Shown here piece by piece: positions 13,632-25,920 of a stretch of 64,000 nt of DNA (position 1 is its first letter; each line of letters begins with the position of its first letter). The notes under the pieces were generated by a model. It was not told where the DNA came from. It did no database searches and saw only the letters and a list, made by a program, of their open reading frames with translations. The DNA comes from Okamejei kenojei. Taxonomy: Eukaryota. The DNA is taken from positions 22,320,001 through 22,384,000 of the forward strand of contig CM069138.1 in assembly GCA_035221665.1 (NCBI GenBank), given 5' to 3'. The translations under genes and the position numbers were made by a program.

Positions 13632-15651
13632 CTGCAAGCCAGGAGATTGACTCTGTCATGGCACGGGTGACTAATGCCTGACACTGGGTGGATTAATAAC
13701 TGTCGACTGCTAGGGAATTCCAACGGTGTTTCAACAGCCATGTCGAAAGCCACTGGGAACCATGGCTGTGTAGGCCAGTCAGGTATTATCAAGATTCCTG
13801 AAGCGGAATCCAATTGAATCTTGCGTAATACCCGACTGATGAGGCAGAAGGGAGGAAAAGCATAAAAGAACATTTTCCCCCAATGCAGCGAGAATGCATC
13901 AACTGCTGCTGCCTCAGGGTCTGGTTCCCAAGCGACATACGTTGGTACCTGGTGATTCAGCCTGGATGCAAATAGATCGATATCTGGTGTGCCATATTGC
14001 TTTGTAATTTCAGCAAACACTTTGGGATTTAACATCCATTCGATGTTATCATTAAATCTACGTGACCTGGTGTCTGCCACTGTATTTTGCTTACCTGGAA
14101 GGTAAGTTGCTGATAACCAAATATGCCTTTCAACACACCATTGCCAGATTAGGTTGGCCAAATTGTCACACGATATCGACTTTACACCACCCATGTGATT
14201 GATATAAGCCACCACCGTGGTATTATCTAGTTGCAACCGGACATGTGCATGATGTGTATTGCATGAATATTGCTTTTAACCCATAAAACGCACCCAACAT
14301 TTCTAAATAGTTGATACCCCGTGTCTGTAGGCAAGATGATTAAAATTTACTCCATCTGCCCCCTGTGCTGGATTGCATGTTAGTTGCTCCCCAGCCCAAA
14401 GCACTGGCATCCGTTTGAATGGTTCATACTGGGTTGGTGATCATTATGGGACTGGAGCTGAGTCTTACATTCCTCGCCCACCATTGTAACTCTGGAATGG
14501 ATTCAGCAGTTAAACTCATAGCTCGGTCAAAGTGACCTGAGTTTTGCTTTAGTGCATGCACTTTAGCTCTTTGCAAATTTTGATAGTGCAAAGGCCCAAA
14601 TTGTACAGCTGGGAAAGCTGCTACCATTTTGCCAATAACTCTAGCTACTTCCCGTATGGTTGGCTGATGTTTATTCATGAGTTTGTTGCATGATAGCGCC
14701 AATTCTGATGCTTTCCCCTTCGGCAGAGTTACAATCATGCGAACAGTATCTATCGTAAATCCAAGATAGTCCATGGCAGTGGACGGTTGTAAGATTGGAT
14801 TTTTCTGGATGTATGACAAACCCCAAAGTTTCAAACAAACGTTTGGTGGCTGCGACTGCCAAAATAGCTGTCTCCAAGGTTTTCCCTACTATTAAAATGT
14901 CGTCTAAATACGCCATGACTATATGCTTTTGTTTCCTCAATAATGCCAAGTTTTAAGATTTTAGTGAACAAGAGGTTAGCCCATTTGGTAAGGCTTTATA
15001 TTGCCATAGCTGTTTCATCCAGATAAATTTTAAATATTTTCGATGGTCCTTGTGTATGGGTACTGAGTAGTAGGCATCTTTTAAATCAATGCTTGCTAGA
15101 AAGTACCCCCTAGAAACCAATAGTCTGGCTGTTTCAAAAGTATCCATCTTGAAATGTATATACCTGACAGACTTGTTCAAAGTAGTTAAGTCAATGATGA
15201 TGCGTCGTCCACCATCTTTTTTGATTTTAGTGAAAATATTAGACACAAATTCCAAAGGTTCATGTTTTGTTCTTTCAATGACACCTTTAGCTTGTAACCT
15301 CATCAGTTCAGCTTGACCCTCTTGTTTTTCCTTGACTGAGAGGGTGAATACCCTTTTGGGTATATGCTGAACTGGTGGAAAATCTTTATGGACAAAGTCA
15401 ATTTTGTAGCCATGAACGCTGCTGAGTATATACTTGTCACTAGTGATGGATTCCCATGCATCCAAAAACAAGTGCAATCTCCCCCCTGTTAGCACAGAGC
15501 CCCTACTGCACATATGCTGAGAGGAACCAGACCCACCTACCTCCATGGTTATTGGTGCTTCTTCTGTCTCTTCGCTGGGTGATGAGGCGTCTGCTGGGCT
15601 GTAGAGGGTTGATGTTGATCTCGATGTTGTTGGGGGTGGCGCATTTTCCAT
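13625..15651 (-). pseudogene. DIRS reverse transcriptase/RNase H/methyltransferase-like ORF, frameshifted
   Basis: ORF pieces 14953-15651, 14671-14949, 14424-14834 and 13625-14236 carry RT, RNase H and FPPF motifs. Confidence 0.9.
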
Positions 15652-17779
15652 GGGGTCCGCTCTGGGCCCTGGCCTAAAAAAGGCTTACGGGGAATGGTTG
15701 CGGACCCCGAGCTTTCACCAGTCCCATAGTGTGGTCGACGACTGGTGGACGCCATGGGGTACTGCCGCCTGGGTTTGTTGGGTCTGCTCGGTCCCAAACC
15801 TGCCCTCACGAGACCAAAGGTCTTGGATTCTTCTTCCGGGTCTTTCACCTTTTTTGGAAGGTCTTTCCCAAAGAGCAGAATAGGAGGTTCTGACCCCGGT
15901 GTTTTGCAGAGTCCCGCAAATTTAGGGTTGAGGGCAGGCTTGATAATCTCCTTTCGCAAATTATTTATCTCATATTGAGTTGTGCACAGCAGAGCTAATG
16001 TGTCTTGCTGATTTGTGGAGATGTCCGCACCATCAATGGACGAGCATAAGATGTTATTCCTGCAGTCAGGAATTTAAGGATCTTCTGGAGCTTCAACTCC
16101 AGGTTTCTGATGTTCTGCCCCAAATGTCCCCAAATTTGGCTATTGACAGCAGGTACATTCAAAGATGTACAATTTCCTGGGGCTGTATATAGTTGAAGAG
16201 CCTCATTGACCACTTGTTCTTGTAGGGGTTTAGAGGACAGGTGGTTAATGCTGGCTGCAAGTTTCGGCTCTAATGGCCGACCCGCTTGTGGAATGGCCAC
16301 GTAGCGGTTGACCACACCCAGCAGCTCTTCCTGTTCCTGTACACCCTGCGTACTCCCGAAATCTTCAGCCAGTGACCCCTCTTCTTGACCAGCCCAGACC
16401 TGGTCGCCAATGCTGCCTTCAAAAGAAGGTGAAGCAATGGCCAGTGCCGTAAAAGGCACTGCGGGAGTGCCTGAACTCCCTTGGCGAGGCTGCTGCTGCT
16501 CTCTCAGCAGATCTCGCTGGAGCAATTGCTCCATAAGCCGTTCCATGCGGCTTAGGCGGCTGCCTGTGCTCTCGAGCGGTAAGGCATCTTCATCCGAAAC
16601 GTCGGACACTACCGCCCGGTTCCGGCTGCAGGTACCTCCAGCCCGCTGCTCAGGCAGCACTAGCGGTGCTGGGCTCGGCTCGGTAGTTATAACCGCCGCC
16701 TCTTGCCCCCCCTCCAAAGAGCATTCCTCAACGAAGGACGAACGGGGGCGAGCTGCAGACTTCTTTCCTCGGGCCTTGCTCATTCTTCCTGGAACACAAG
16801 ACCACAGAGAGAAAGACACACGGCCACGGTAAACTTACCTGTCGGCCCGACTTTTCAATTTGTAGCGGGAGCGCCTTGAACTCCCGTTCGTCGCGGTGCA
16901 CTGCATGAACGCTAATGTCGCGCATGCATGCTGGACGGGGTCTTCACGTAGTCACTCACGTGACTCCGAAGTAAAATAACACAATTTCTGGAGAGGAATT
17001 TTTGAATTTTTTTCTAAAACACTAAAAATAAAATTGGATCCCGACACAGAACTGATCATTCTAGGTACTTCTGAAGCCTGTTCTGAGCTATCACTATTTC
17101 AAAGACGTTTCCTTAATTATGGCCTGATAATGACGAAAAAAGAAACAAATTTTGGAAACATACATCAGTCCCTATTCTTAAGATGTAGATTATAAACATG
17201 TCCGAGACACTACATCTTGAAAATATTAGACTTGTCTTGGCAGAAAAAACCAGATCATTTTTCCAAGACATGGACATCCTTCACTGATTTCTTACAAGGA
17301 TAGTATGGCGCAACACAACTTTGGATTTAAATCTAACTATGGGTTGGGTGAGGTGGGTGGGGAGGGATGACAGGCAGGTATCACTTCTTTTTTTCTTTTT
17401 CTTTTTGTCCTTTTCTTTTTTTCCTATTCCTCTCTTCTTTGTTTTTTTTATTCACTCTTTGGCTACACTACTTTGGTAGTCTAGGCATCCAATCTTTGCA
17501 CATCTGGGTTTCTCTATCTTGCTTTTTCTCCTTTCTTTTCTTCTAATTCAAAGCTAAAAAGTTAAAATTGAAGCTGTACAATAACTGCATAATTTTATAT
17601 GCCGTTGGTTATATTCTTGTACATTTGCATCTAATAAATAAAAAATAAAAAAAATTGGTGACCTTGCCCCCTGCTTGAAATGGCAAGAAACTGCACTTGA
17701 ATTAGTTGGCCTTGCATCCTGCTTGACATGGAATGACACTGTACTTGAATATTTCCCCCTCTACTCTTAGCTCTCTGCC

Positions 17780-18030
17780 AAACAGCTGGCACCAATATAT
17801 ACAGACATTTTTAACTTGTCCCAGCAAAACATATACTGTCCCTGCCTGCTTCAAAGTCTCCACTATTGCCCATGTACCCAAAAAGGCAAGGATTACTTGT
17901 CTTAATGACTACAGGCCTGTCACACTGACCTCTGTAGTCATGAAGACACTCGAAAGGCTTGTGCTGGCCAAGCTGAAAAGTATCACAAACTCCCTGCTGG
18001 ACCTTCTGCAGTTTGCATATTGGGTCAATA
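17780..18030 (+). mobile_element. Rex1/Babar-type LINE RT fragment
   Basis: [43 protein letters not shown]. Confidence 0.75.
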
Positions 18031-18699
18031 AATGCGTGTCAATACGTCGACGCATGGCGTGGGAATCGGAGCAGTTCGAAACTGCTCCAGCAGGTAAGAT
18101 AATTTTGTTTCAGGAATGGGCCGCTGCTCCAAAACTAAGTGCAGCGGGCCCGGAGAAGCTGATGGCGCAGCCTGTGCAGCTTCTGCCGTTGGAGCTCTGA
18201 TCAGGAGCAGGTGGCCGGACTTGGTGAGGAAACTTAATTCCTAAACAAAAAAAGAAAAAAAAGATGTTTGCTCATTTATGCAGGGCCACTGACATGCACC
18301 CTGCAAAGTATCTCTTCGGAGAGGGCTTATGTTAGCAGGAAGGAAGACTTGCAGGAAGAATTTTGGGTGGCTGCGGGGGTGGTAGAACCATCCTATGTGG
18401 GTAGGGCTTAATTATTCCGGCAGGCATACCACCTCTATATATAACTAATGGCAGGAATTGCTATTCTGAGGCTGGTTGGAACACCAGACCTACTCAATTC
18501 AGACCTAGCCATTTTTAGGCCCAGGGCCATCGCGCTCACCTTGGTGAAAGAATGTGTTGCGCACACTGGAGACTGAGATAGGCCATTCCAGGGAGAGGAC
18601 TGCGTCAGCAACTCCTAGTTCACGGTTGCATTATGATATTTTCCAATCTGAGGGTGATTCTGCCTGTGAGGAGTTGACAGGGAACTCATATTCCCACAC

Positions 18700-19700
18700 C
18701 AAGTGGATGCTATGCTTCAATTCTAGTCGCATAAGGATCTGGTGTATGTTCTGATTCTGTCAGACACTGAAGGTTTGTAGTTGAGGCAAAATCAAAGTCG
18801 AAAGGCTTTAACCCCAAAAGCTTTTGAGAATTCTCTGGCGAAGAAAAATGTTGCATGCCAAATCAGGTTAGTATTTGGCTAGTTTGATCATGTGTTTGGT
18901 TAACCAGTTTAAGATGGATAATTGTCTTTAAGCAATTTAGCTGTTTCAAAGGACTTAGGGCCTCAATCGATCTTGAAGATGCATACTTTTCCATATCTAT
19001 ACACGAGACGAGCAGATATATCTGGTGTTTTTGATGACAAAGCCAGTGGTGGAAAGTTTAGGCTTTCCCAAGGGGTTGTCTTCAGGCCTAGGTTATTTAA
19101 AAAGATTCTAAAGCTAATGCTGCCCTACTCAAATCAAAAGGGCATTGGGTCATGGAGTTCATAGATGACATGCTTTTGTATCTCTGCAAGGTTGTATGGG
19201 ATGTTTGTGAAGAAGACACGTGAGCTACTTTTAAACTGAAGTAGCACAGGTTTGTGTTTGTTTCAGTTTGGGCTTAGAGAAGCGATTATGTTATAGCACA
19301 ATTGACATTGCTTGTGCTGCTTTGTCATTCTCTCTAGCACCATAAGTGGGACAATAAATTATTGGTTATTCACCCACTATTGACTAACATTATGCAAGGT
19401 GTCTTTAATATGAACACTCTAAAGTCTAGATTCATGGCAGTGTGGAATGTGTATCAGTAAATTATTATGCAGATATTCATCTACTGTATTCCTAATGGGA
19501 GCAGTATCTTTTAAGTTGATTATGCTTTTAGCAACTGATTTCAGCACAAAGAAAACAGTCTTTACTCAATCTCCGGCTCGGTCTCTGGGTCATAACTGAC
19601 ATGAGGGTAGCTTGTTATGGGAATTATCTCATAAAGCAAAACGGGCACGGTTGGGTACAATTTGGAGTTGACAGCATACCCACCAGATCGGAGATTGGGG
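18700..19700 (+). mobile_element. Highly degraded DIRS-like RT remnant
   Basis: Residual motifs around 18970-19170 (LKDAYF-like, QG..PRLFKKILK, FIDD). Boundaries unclear. Confidence 0.4.
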
Positions 19701-21013
19701 GTGTTATTATGTATACAGGTACACTGAGCTTGCTAGTACCTATGAGATGAAGGATAGTTTCTTCATTGTTATTTAATAATTTTCTCAAGAGATTGCTGGT
19801 GCAGACCATCTCAACATGAATAGACTGTAAGCAGCTAATAGCGTGTGCGAATTTAAAATAATTTCAAATCTCACTCTTCCAAGGTGGTTGACTCATTAAC
19901 AGCCAATAGAATGGATATTCCCATTTGATCATCTTCTTGCAACAGCAGGAGGCTTACATAGTGCGCTTTCAGAAGTTATAACATTTGATCTTGGGGCAAC
20001 TGGCCATAATGAGTGACAAATGCCTGGATTTGGAAGCACGATCAAGAAGGCAGAATTTAAGAATAGTTGGAGTGAGAAAGGGAAGGGAAGCTGGAAAGAA
20101 CCCTCGGGAGTTCGTGCCAACTTACTTAAACAAGTATTTAAACTGTTTGACAAACTGAAAATAGATGCAGCTCATCGGGTTCGAAGAGTTCAAACAAAGC
20201 CAGGAGCCCCTCCAAGACAGAACATAGTGAAATTTCATGACATTTCTGCTCTGGAAGAGGCATTTAAATATGCACAAGAAATTTCAGGAGCTGGTCCTCT
20301 ATAATATCGGCAGAGGGGAAGCGCTGAAGATATGACTTTTTAATAAAAGACGATGCTCTCGTTAAGATGGCGGAATTTTACACGAGGCGATGGCTAGACA
20401 TTTTATCTCTCTGGAATGTTAATTCATGGCCAAACTTTATGTTTCACTTGGAATGAAGGACAAAACAAAGTGGAGCCGTGGAGCATGGAAAACGGATACA
20501 AAGGGACTTTAAAATAAAAACTGATGAATTAAAACATTTCTTAATAATCTAATACTAACATATAAGTAACCAAGTAATTGAATTAACTTAGCAATAGCAA
20601 TAGAAACAAAATATGAAGTAGTATAATGTAATAATGATTTACTCCTCCGGGGGTGGGAGGCGGGGGGTTTACTTCATACTGTTAATTAATTTTTAGAGTT
20701 AGGATAATGAGCTAAATATATCGATATAGATATATATTATATTATACCAATAAACTAAAGCAAATATAACAGATTTGGCCCCAGTGGTGTGTAAGATGAG
20801 GGGAAGAAAGTCAGACACTTGGCAGATAGCCAGGAGTCTGACTCTGGTTAATCCCTTCCAACCTGCTGTTGTCTAATATAAGAGACTGGGGCCTAACTGG
20901 GAAGTAATATGTAATAATTGGTAGTATATCTGCAATGCTAGATTACTTGAAGATACATTTAGATATAAAAGCTCGAAGTTTTTTTTTTCTCTTTTTACTT
21001 TTTATATATAATT

Positions 21014-21358
21014 GGCCTTTCTTCCTTTTTACAATATTTGGTCAAGGGAGCGGAGCTTAATGTAAATTAACATCTACGGAAGTTCTTAAGAAGTTAGCTT
21101 CCACAACTAGGTGGTTATTTTTTTTTATAGTATCCTTATTTTTAGATACTATAATATAATCTTTTTAATTTTTATATATAATTGGGTTTTGACCTGGCCT
21201 TTCTTCCTTTTTACAATATTTGGTCAAGGGAGCGGAGCTTAATGTAAATTAACATCTACGGAAGTTCTTAAGAAGTTAGCTTCCACAACTAGTTGGTTAT
21301 TTTTTTTATAGTATCCTTATTTTTAGATACTATAATATAATCTTTTTAATTTTTATAT
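21014..21358 (+). repeat. ~165-bp tandem duplication in the L1 inter-ORF spacer
   Basis: 21014-21177 is nearly identical to 21195-21358. Confidence 0.85.
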
Positions 21359-21570
21359 CACTTTACACCTCTCTATTTTTTTTTCAAGTTTGAAGGGGAT
21401 ATACAAAAATAACTTGGCAACCGTGAGTGCCCACCCAACACCTAGAGGCCTGAGGTATTGTGTTGCACCATATGACTTAAAAGTATTAAAGTAATTCATA
21501 ATGCAAGATGATAAACAAAAGAAACTGGGAGGAATCACGTTTTGTAGCTAGAAGGGGTGCCAATGAGCCA

Positions 21571-24500
21571 ATTTTACTTCGGAGTCACGTGAGTGCAGGT
21601 AAGTGCAGTTGAAAAATTTTTTTTAGGACTGGAAAACTCCGTGCCTGGTGGAAACCAGGATTTTAAAGGATTTTAAAAACAAACAAAAAGTTTAAATTGA
21701 ACAGAAATACTCTGTTAAAACAACGGAGTTTTGAAAAGAACGTCCCAGGGGAATACCCAGCGATCGGGACGAGAGATTAATTACGGGGCCGGTTCCGATA
21801 CTGGTACCGTTAAAAATACGGTTAGAGAGGTTAAAATGCTCCACAATCTTTTGGCAGGAAATTTTAAAAGTCAGAAAGGCTGTAATTTAAAAAGTTAATA
21901 AAATTCGCGATATGGAGAAAGTACTCCAAAATATAAAAAAGAGACAAGGGTCACAGTACCCAAACAGTTCCCCAAAAAAAGACCCTGAGGGGCTTGAATA
22001 TACAAAATATGGCTATGTGCCAAATTGAGAATTAAACCCTGGACCCTGGATTAGGGTGGAGGAAGTCTCTTTGGATATAATTCCAAGTGGATCAGGGCTG
22101 CAAAAGACAGACCCTGCAAGTGGTGATGTGAATTATGAATGCACACCACAAATAAAAAAGTGAGGCCAGATGTGCCTGAGATAGCAAAAGATTTTGCTAT
22201 ATCTAAAGGAAGTGGTGAGGCTATGGAAGAAAACCTAGCTGCCAACATTAATTATATGGTATCTCACCAACTTCAAGAATACGATAAAACTTTTATGTTT
22301 TATTAAAATATCAACGGTAAATCTGTTTATAATATCCATGTCTCAAATAATATGAGATATAAGAAATACAATTTCAAAGTATTTCAAAATGGTGCAAATA
22401 AGTAATACTTTCAAAATAAAATAAATTGCCATCAGTTGTGGAGCTCAATAGGAAGAAATATATATAATTTACCGAATCTGCACTATAGGTTTGCAGATCA
22501 ATACAAATCAGGATATATTAAACTCCTGATTATTGGAGAATAAACCTGCCATGATAAATCAAAGATATTAATTACAAAAGAACAGACTACTGATCTTTAA
22601 ACTTTGGGGAGAAAAAACTATGATCCAATGAAAAATTTTGATAATGGATCAAAACAAAGGCAAAGATCTTTTAACTTGCGGTTTAAAAAAACTATGATCC
22701 AATGAAAGATTTGATAATGGATCAAAACAAAGGCAGAAGTGGTATAATCCAAACATAGCCTTATCTAAACCTATATAATTGGGGAAAAGAAGGCTTGAAG
22801 TACGTTGAAGAGGTGCAAACATCTGGTTACAAAATAAGTTCATGAAATCTCCAATTATGGGGGATTACAGGTGTATTATGATTGTTAAACTTAATATAAC
22901 TAAGGAAGGATTGGTTCACCTGTATAAGAAAACTTTAAAAATTGATTTCAGGTTTGCACTCAAAAGTAATTTTTAATAAGAAGGGGTACGTACATGTATA
23001 TTATAAAATTACCTCAGTGTAAAGATTTCATGGTATAAACCATACAAAACATCATTATATTTACACTTTCACAGTGTAAGAAAATGGAAACATCTAGAAC
23101 ATGGAAAACTGTTGTGATTAACAAAGTGTTAATCAATATTACAGGTGCTTGAAATTAATTAAAGTGGGTCAAGCTGTGCAAGTTAAAACATTGTCCAAAC
23201 AATCAATCAGTTCAAGGCTGTTAAACCGAACACTGAAGGAACAATTATACTGATAAAAGATCAGCACTTGCACTAATGAGGTCATGGTCATGGGTTATCT
23301 CGATTACATTTAAATTGGAAGAGATAAGAGCAGCTGCAAATTAGTGCCTGCCATTACAAACCTGGTGGCAGGTAAGGACCTGACCCATTACATAAAGCAT
23401 ATGCTTAGGCATTAATAAAATATTTATAAATTACTATTCTGAATTTAGAAGTAATTCAAGCACCATAAGAGAGGGGGAAAATTGTTCCATGATACAAATA
23501 TGTCTAATTGTTGTTGACATACTTTGTCCCTCCATTAGGTTAGGTAAAAAATAAATAAAGTTCCAAAAGAAGGAATACAGAAGCTTATAAGAATATGTAT
23601 GCCTTGTGAAGAGGCTTATGCAAAATATCAAATGATACGTTATCATTATTAAAGTAATGTAAAAAAGGTTCATAAGCTGCTTCAACTATAAGATTAACAG
23701 CTGCTGCAAACTGAAGCAAGTGTTACAGATGATGTACAGCTTCTGTGAATGTTTGGGTAAAGATAAGAATATTATCTATTCTTATAACAATAATTGATAT
23801 GTCTCTTGTTCGGACTGCAGAAAATAATACCAGGCGAACATAAATGGTTTGTCCTAAGAAATTTTCCAAACATTCGTATTAATTGTTGAAGTATAAGGAG
23901 TTATGGATTAAAAAGATCGATTGTTTTATTATGGAACTGTCCATGTCGTATCAAGATGAACAATACCACGGCTGCGGCATATGTTAACAATGGTCAAATT
24001 TGGGAGAAAAACATATTGTCATTATTTTGCATTACTTACGATTAATCTGGTTGTATACAGATTAAATCACTGATCTTTCAAATGTTTCTTGTGGGTCACA
24101 AGATAAGTCAAATAACAATCATGGGATTATCTAAGTAAACAGATGTGGCATATTTTAAAGTTTAGTCCACCTGTTTATCTCTAAGGAAGAGACAATGGTA
24201 TCGGAAGATAACAAATTTGGGAGAAAAAACATATTGTCATTAATATGGATTACTTACGATTAATCTGATTGCATACAGATTAAATCACCGATCTTTCGAA
24301 TATTTCTTGTGGGTAAACCAAGAACAGTGAAGGTGGATGCTTTTCTCCCAATTACATGAGGAAAAGATTTCTTTGTGTTCCTCATTTTTGTTTAATAGGG
24401 CATTGTCTGATGAAAATGTAGCAGGACACTGCCAGAGGCATTTTGGTGGCCTAATACGGGTCCTTTATGGTTTCATAAATATTGTGCGATTTTGAACTGC

Positions 24501-25920
24501 TAGTGATGATTCATAGTGGCAGCAATTTATTGAAGTCAAAAAAGGGGTCTCGACCTAGGTCGTTGCCTGTCTCCCTTCGCTCTTTGGATGCTGCTGCACC
24601 CACTGGGATCTCCAGGTTTGAGAAACCCTGCAGTAATTTATTGTTGTACAAAAACATCCATGACATGAAAATATGAATTTGACTATCTGCAGGTTGACCA
24701 GACCATCACAACAGCTGATGGTCAAAGAAGTCTATGAATGTTAACCAATATAACAACATATCAATAAAATAATTATGTATACAGATGTGTTATACCTGCA
24801 ATTTGCAGAAATACGTCTAAAAAACAATATTTTGTTATAAGAAATTGGAGGTCTGTATATACAGTAAAGTTATTTTATCATATTAGATATATGTGAATTC
24901 CTTGTGGATTGCATTTTCTAAGTATCTAATTGATAGAGCCAATAATAGGGCTCAGAGTGTTACCGTCTTATAAACGGACAATATATTAACCAAGAAGTTA
25001 TCAGATGCATTCATAATATCCCAATATGGAAAGGGATATATATGTAAATGTTAATAAATATATATATATGATATATATATATGTGTATATGTATATATAA
25101 TCTGTAAATATAAAGGCAGGAGATAAATAATCTTGAATTGCCTTAAGAAATGGACTCAAATTCTATCTATGATTCAAAAAACTTAAACATTGAAAATAAT
25201 AATGCTGATAACTTTAGTATCAATATAAGAGTGCAAACATTGCAAATGTTACGTTATAATTGCATGTGGATACAGATTGCATTATCATATATGTCTATGA
25301 ATCTACCAAACAAAGCACACCAAGAAGACCTGAAACCAAGGTAAACCTATAAGCATACCCTGCCGGCTTTAAGTTGTGTGTGTGTGTGAGTGAACATTGA
25401 TGAAAATGTTGCAGTAGGTAAGAGTCTCTGTGGCAATGAGACTGCTTATTACACACAAAAACCACATTGGGTTCAGTAAAAACTGATGGTTATAGAGGAA
25501 TGTATTTCTAGATGGTTAAAAATTGGATACATTCAGTAGGAACTAGACACTGAAAGGTGGAAAATCACTCTGTTAATGAAGAAAATACATTCACAGGAAT
25601 GGCACAGGATGAGCCACTCGAGCAAAGATGCAAGGCCGCAGGAAGCCGTAGATTACTGTTAAAGTAAAAAGGAACGATGAGGGATTACGTGCCCTCCACT
25701 CCCCACCCTCATAAAATAAATGATCATCTGGTAGTTCTAAATCTATGATGAGCCTTACTATCTTACTCCGGCTATTTGTGTTCTGTGTTTTTCATGCCGC
25801 TGCTTTGAAGTATGCCGTTTCCAGCGCCAGGCGGGGTTCTTCACGTAATCCCTCATCGTTACTCCTCATAAAATAACGATCAAACTTCGAACTGGTAAGT
25901 TCTCGTTTAATCTTACTATT
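21571..25920 (+). mobile_element. DIRS1-like element copy 2 (heavily decayed, AT-rich subfamily)
   Basis: Left terminus attttacttcggagtcacgtgagtg and right terminus ...gttctcgtttaatcttactatt. Splits L1 codons NEP|IKR with an ATT overlap. The gag remnant at 22160-22280 resembles 63670-63780. Confidence 0.85.

Larger units (their letters stand above)
12161..16977 (-). mobile_element. DIRS1-like tyrosine-recombinase retrotransposon, copy 1 (near complete)
   Basis: gag-like ORF (ATG 16783 to ~15549), RT/RNaseH/MT (15651-13625; DLKDAY, YLDD, TDAS, DLFAS, YAFPPF), YR (to 12663; HSTRAAS, AGW, FY). ITRs at ~12233-12268 and ~16916-16950. The ICR at ~12388-12500 is complementary to both termini. Few frameshifts. 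Confidence 0.95.
6741..17654 (+). mobile_element. L1-clade LINE copy 1 (ORF1 mostly deleted, ORF2 frameshifted), interrupted by two insertions
   Basis: 5' CTTCCGGTGGCGCCATG; ORF1 C-terminus at ~6930-7030; EN motifs (SWNI, FLQE, NIYAPN); RT YADD at ~10382; polyA tail; TSD ttggtggcctt (6730-6740) / ttggtgacctt (17655-17665). Confidence 0.9.

Noticed and set aside
13625-14000. Adenine methyltransferase-like motif (DLFAS...YAFPPF) as a novel gene
   Set aside because: Known C-terminal MT-like domain of DIRS1-type RT ORFs.
16789-16838. 50-nt GT...AG mini-intron just before the DIRS gag ATG (shorter equivalents in copies 2 and 3)
   Set aside because: Below the usual vertebrate minimum intron size; the donor more plausibly pairs with a distant acceptor.
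21600-25600. Deaminase (G-to-A) hypermutation of A-rich DIRS copy 2
   Set aside because: Related copy 4 is similarly AT-rich; editing cannot be separated from subfamily composition without a consensus alignment.
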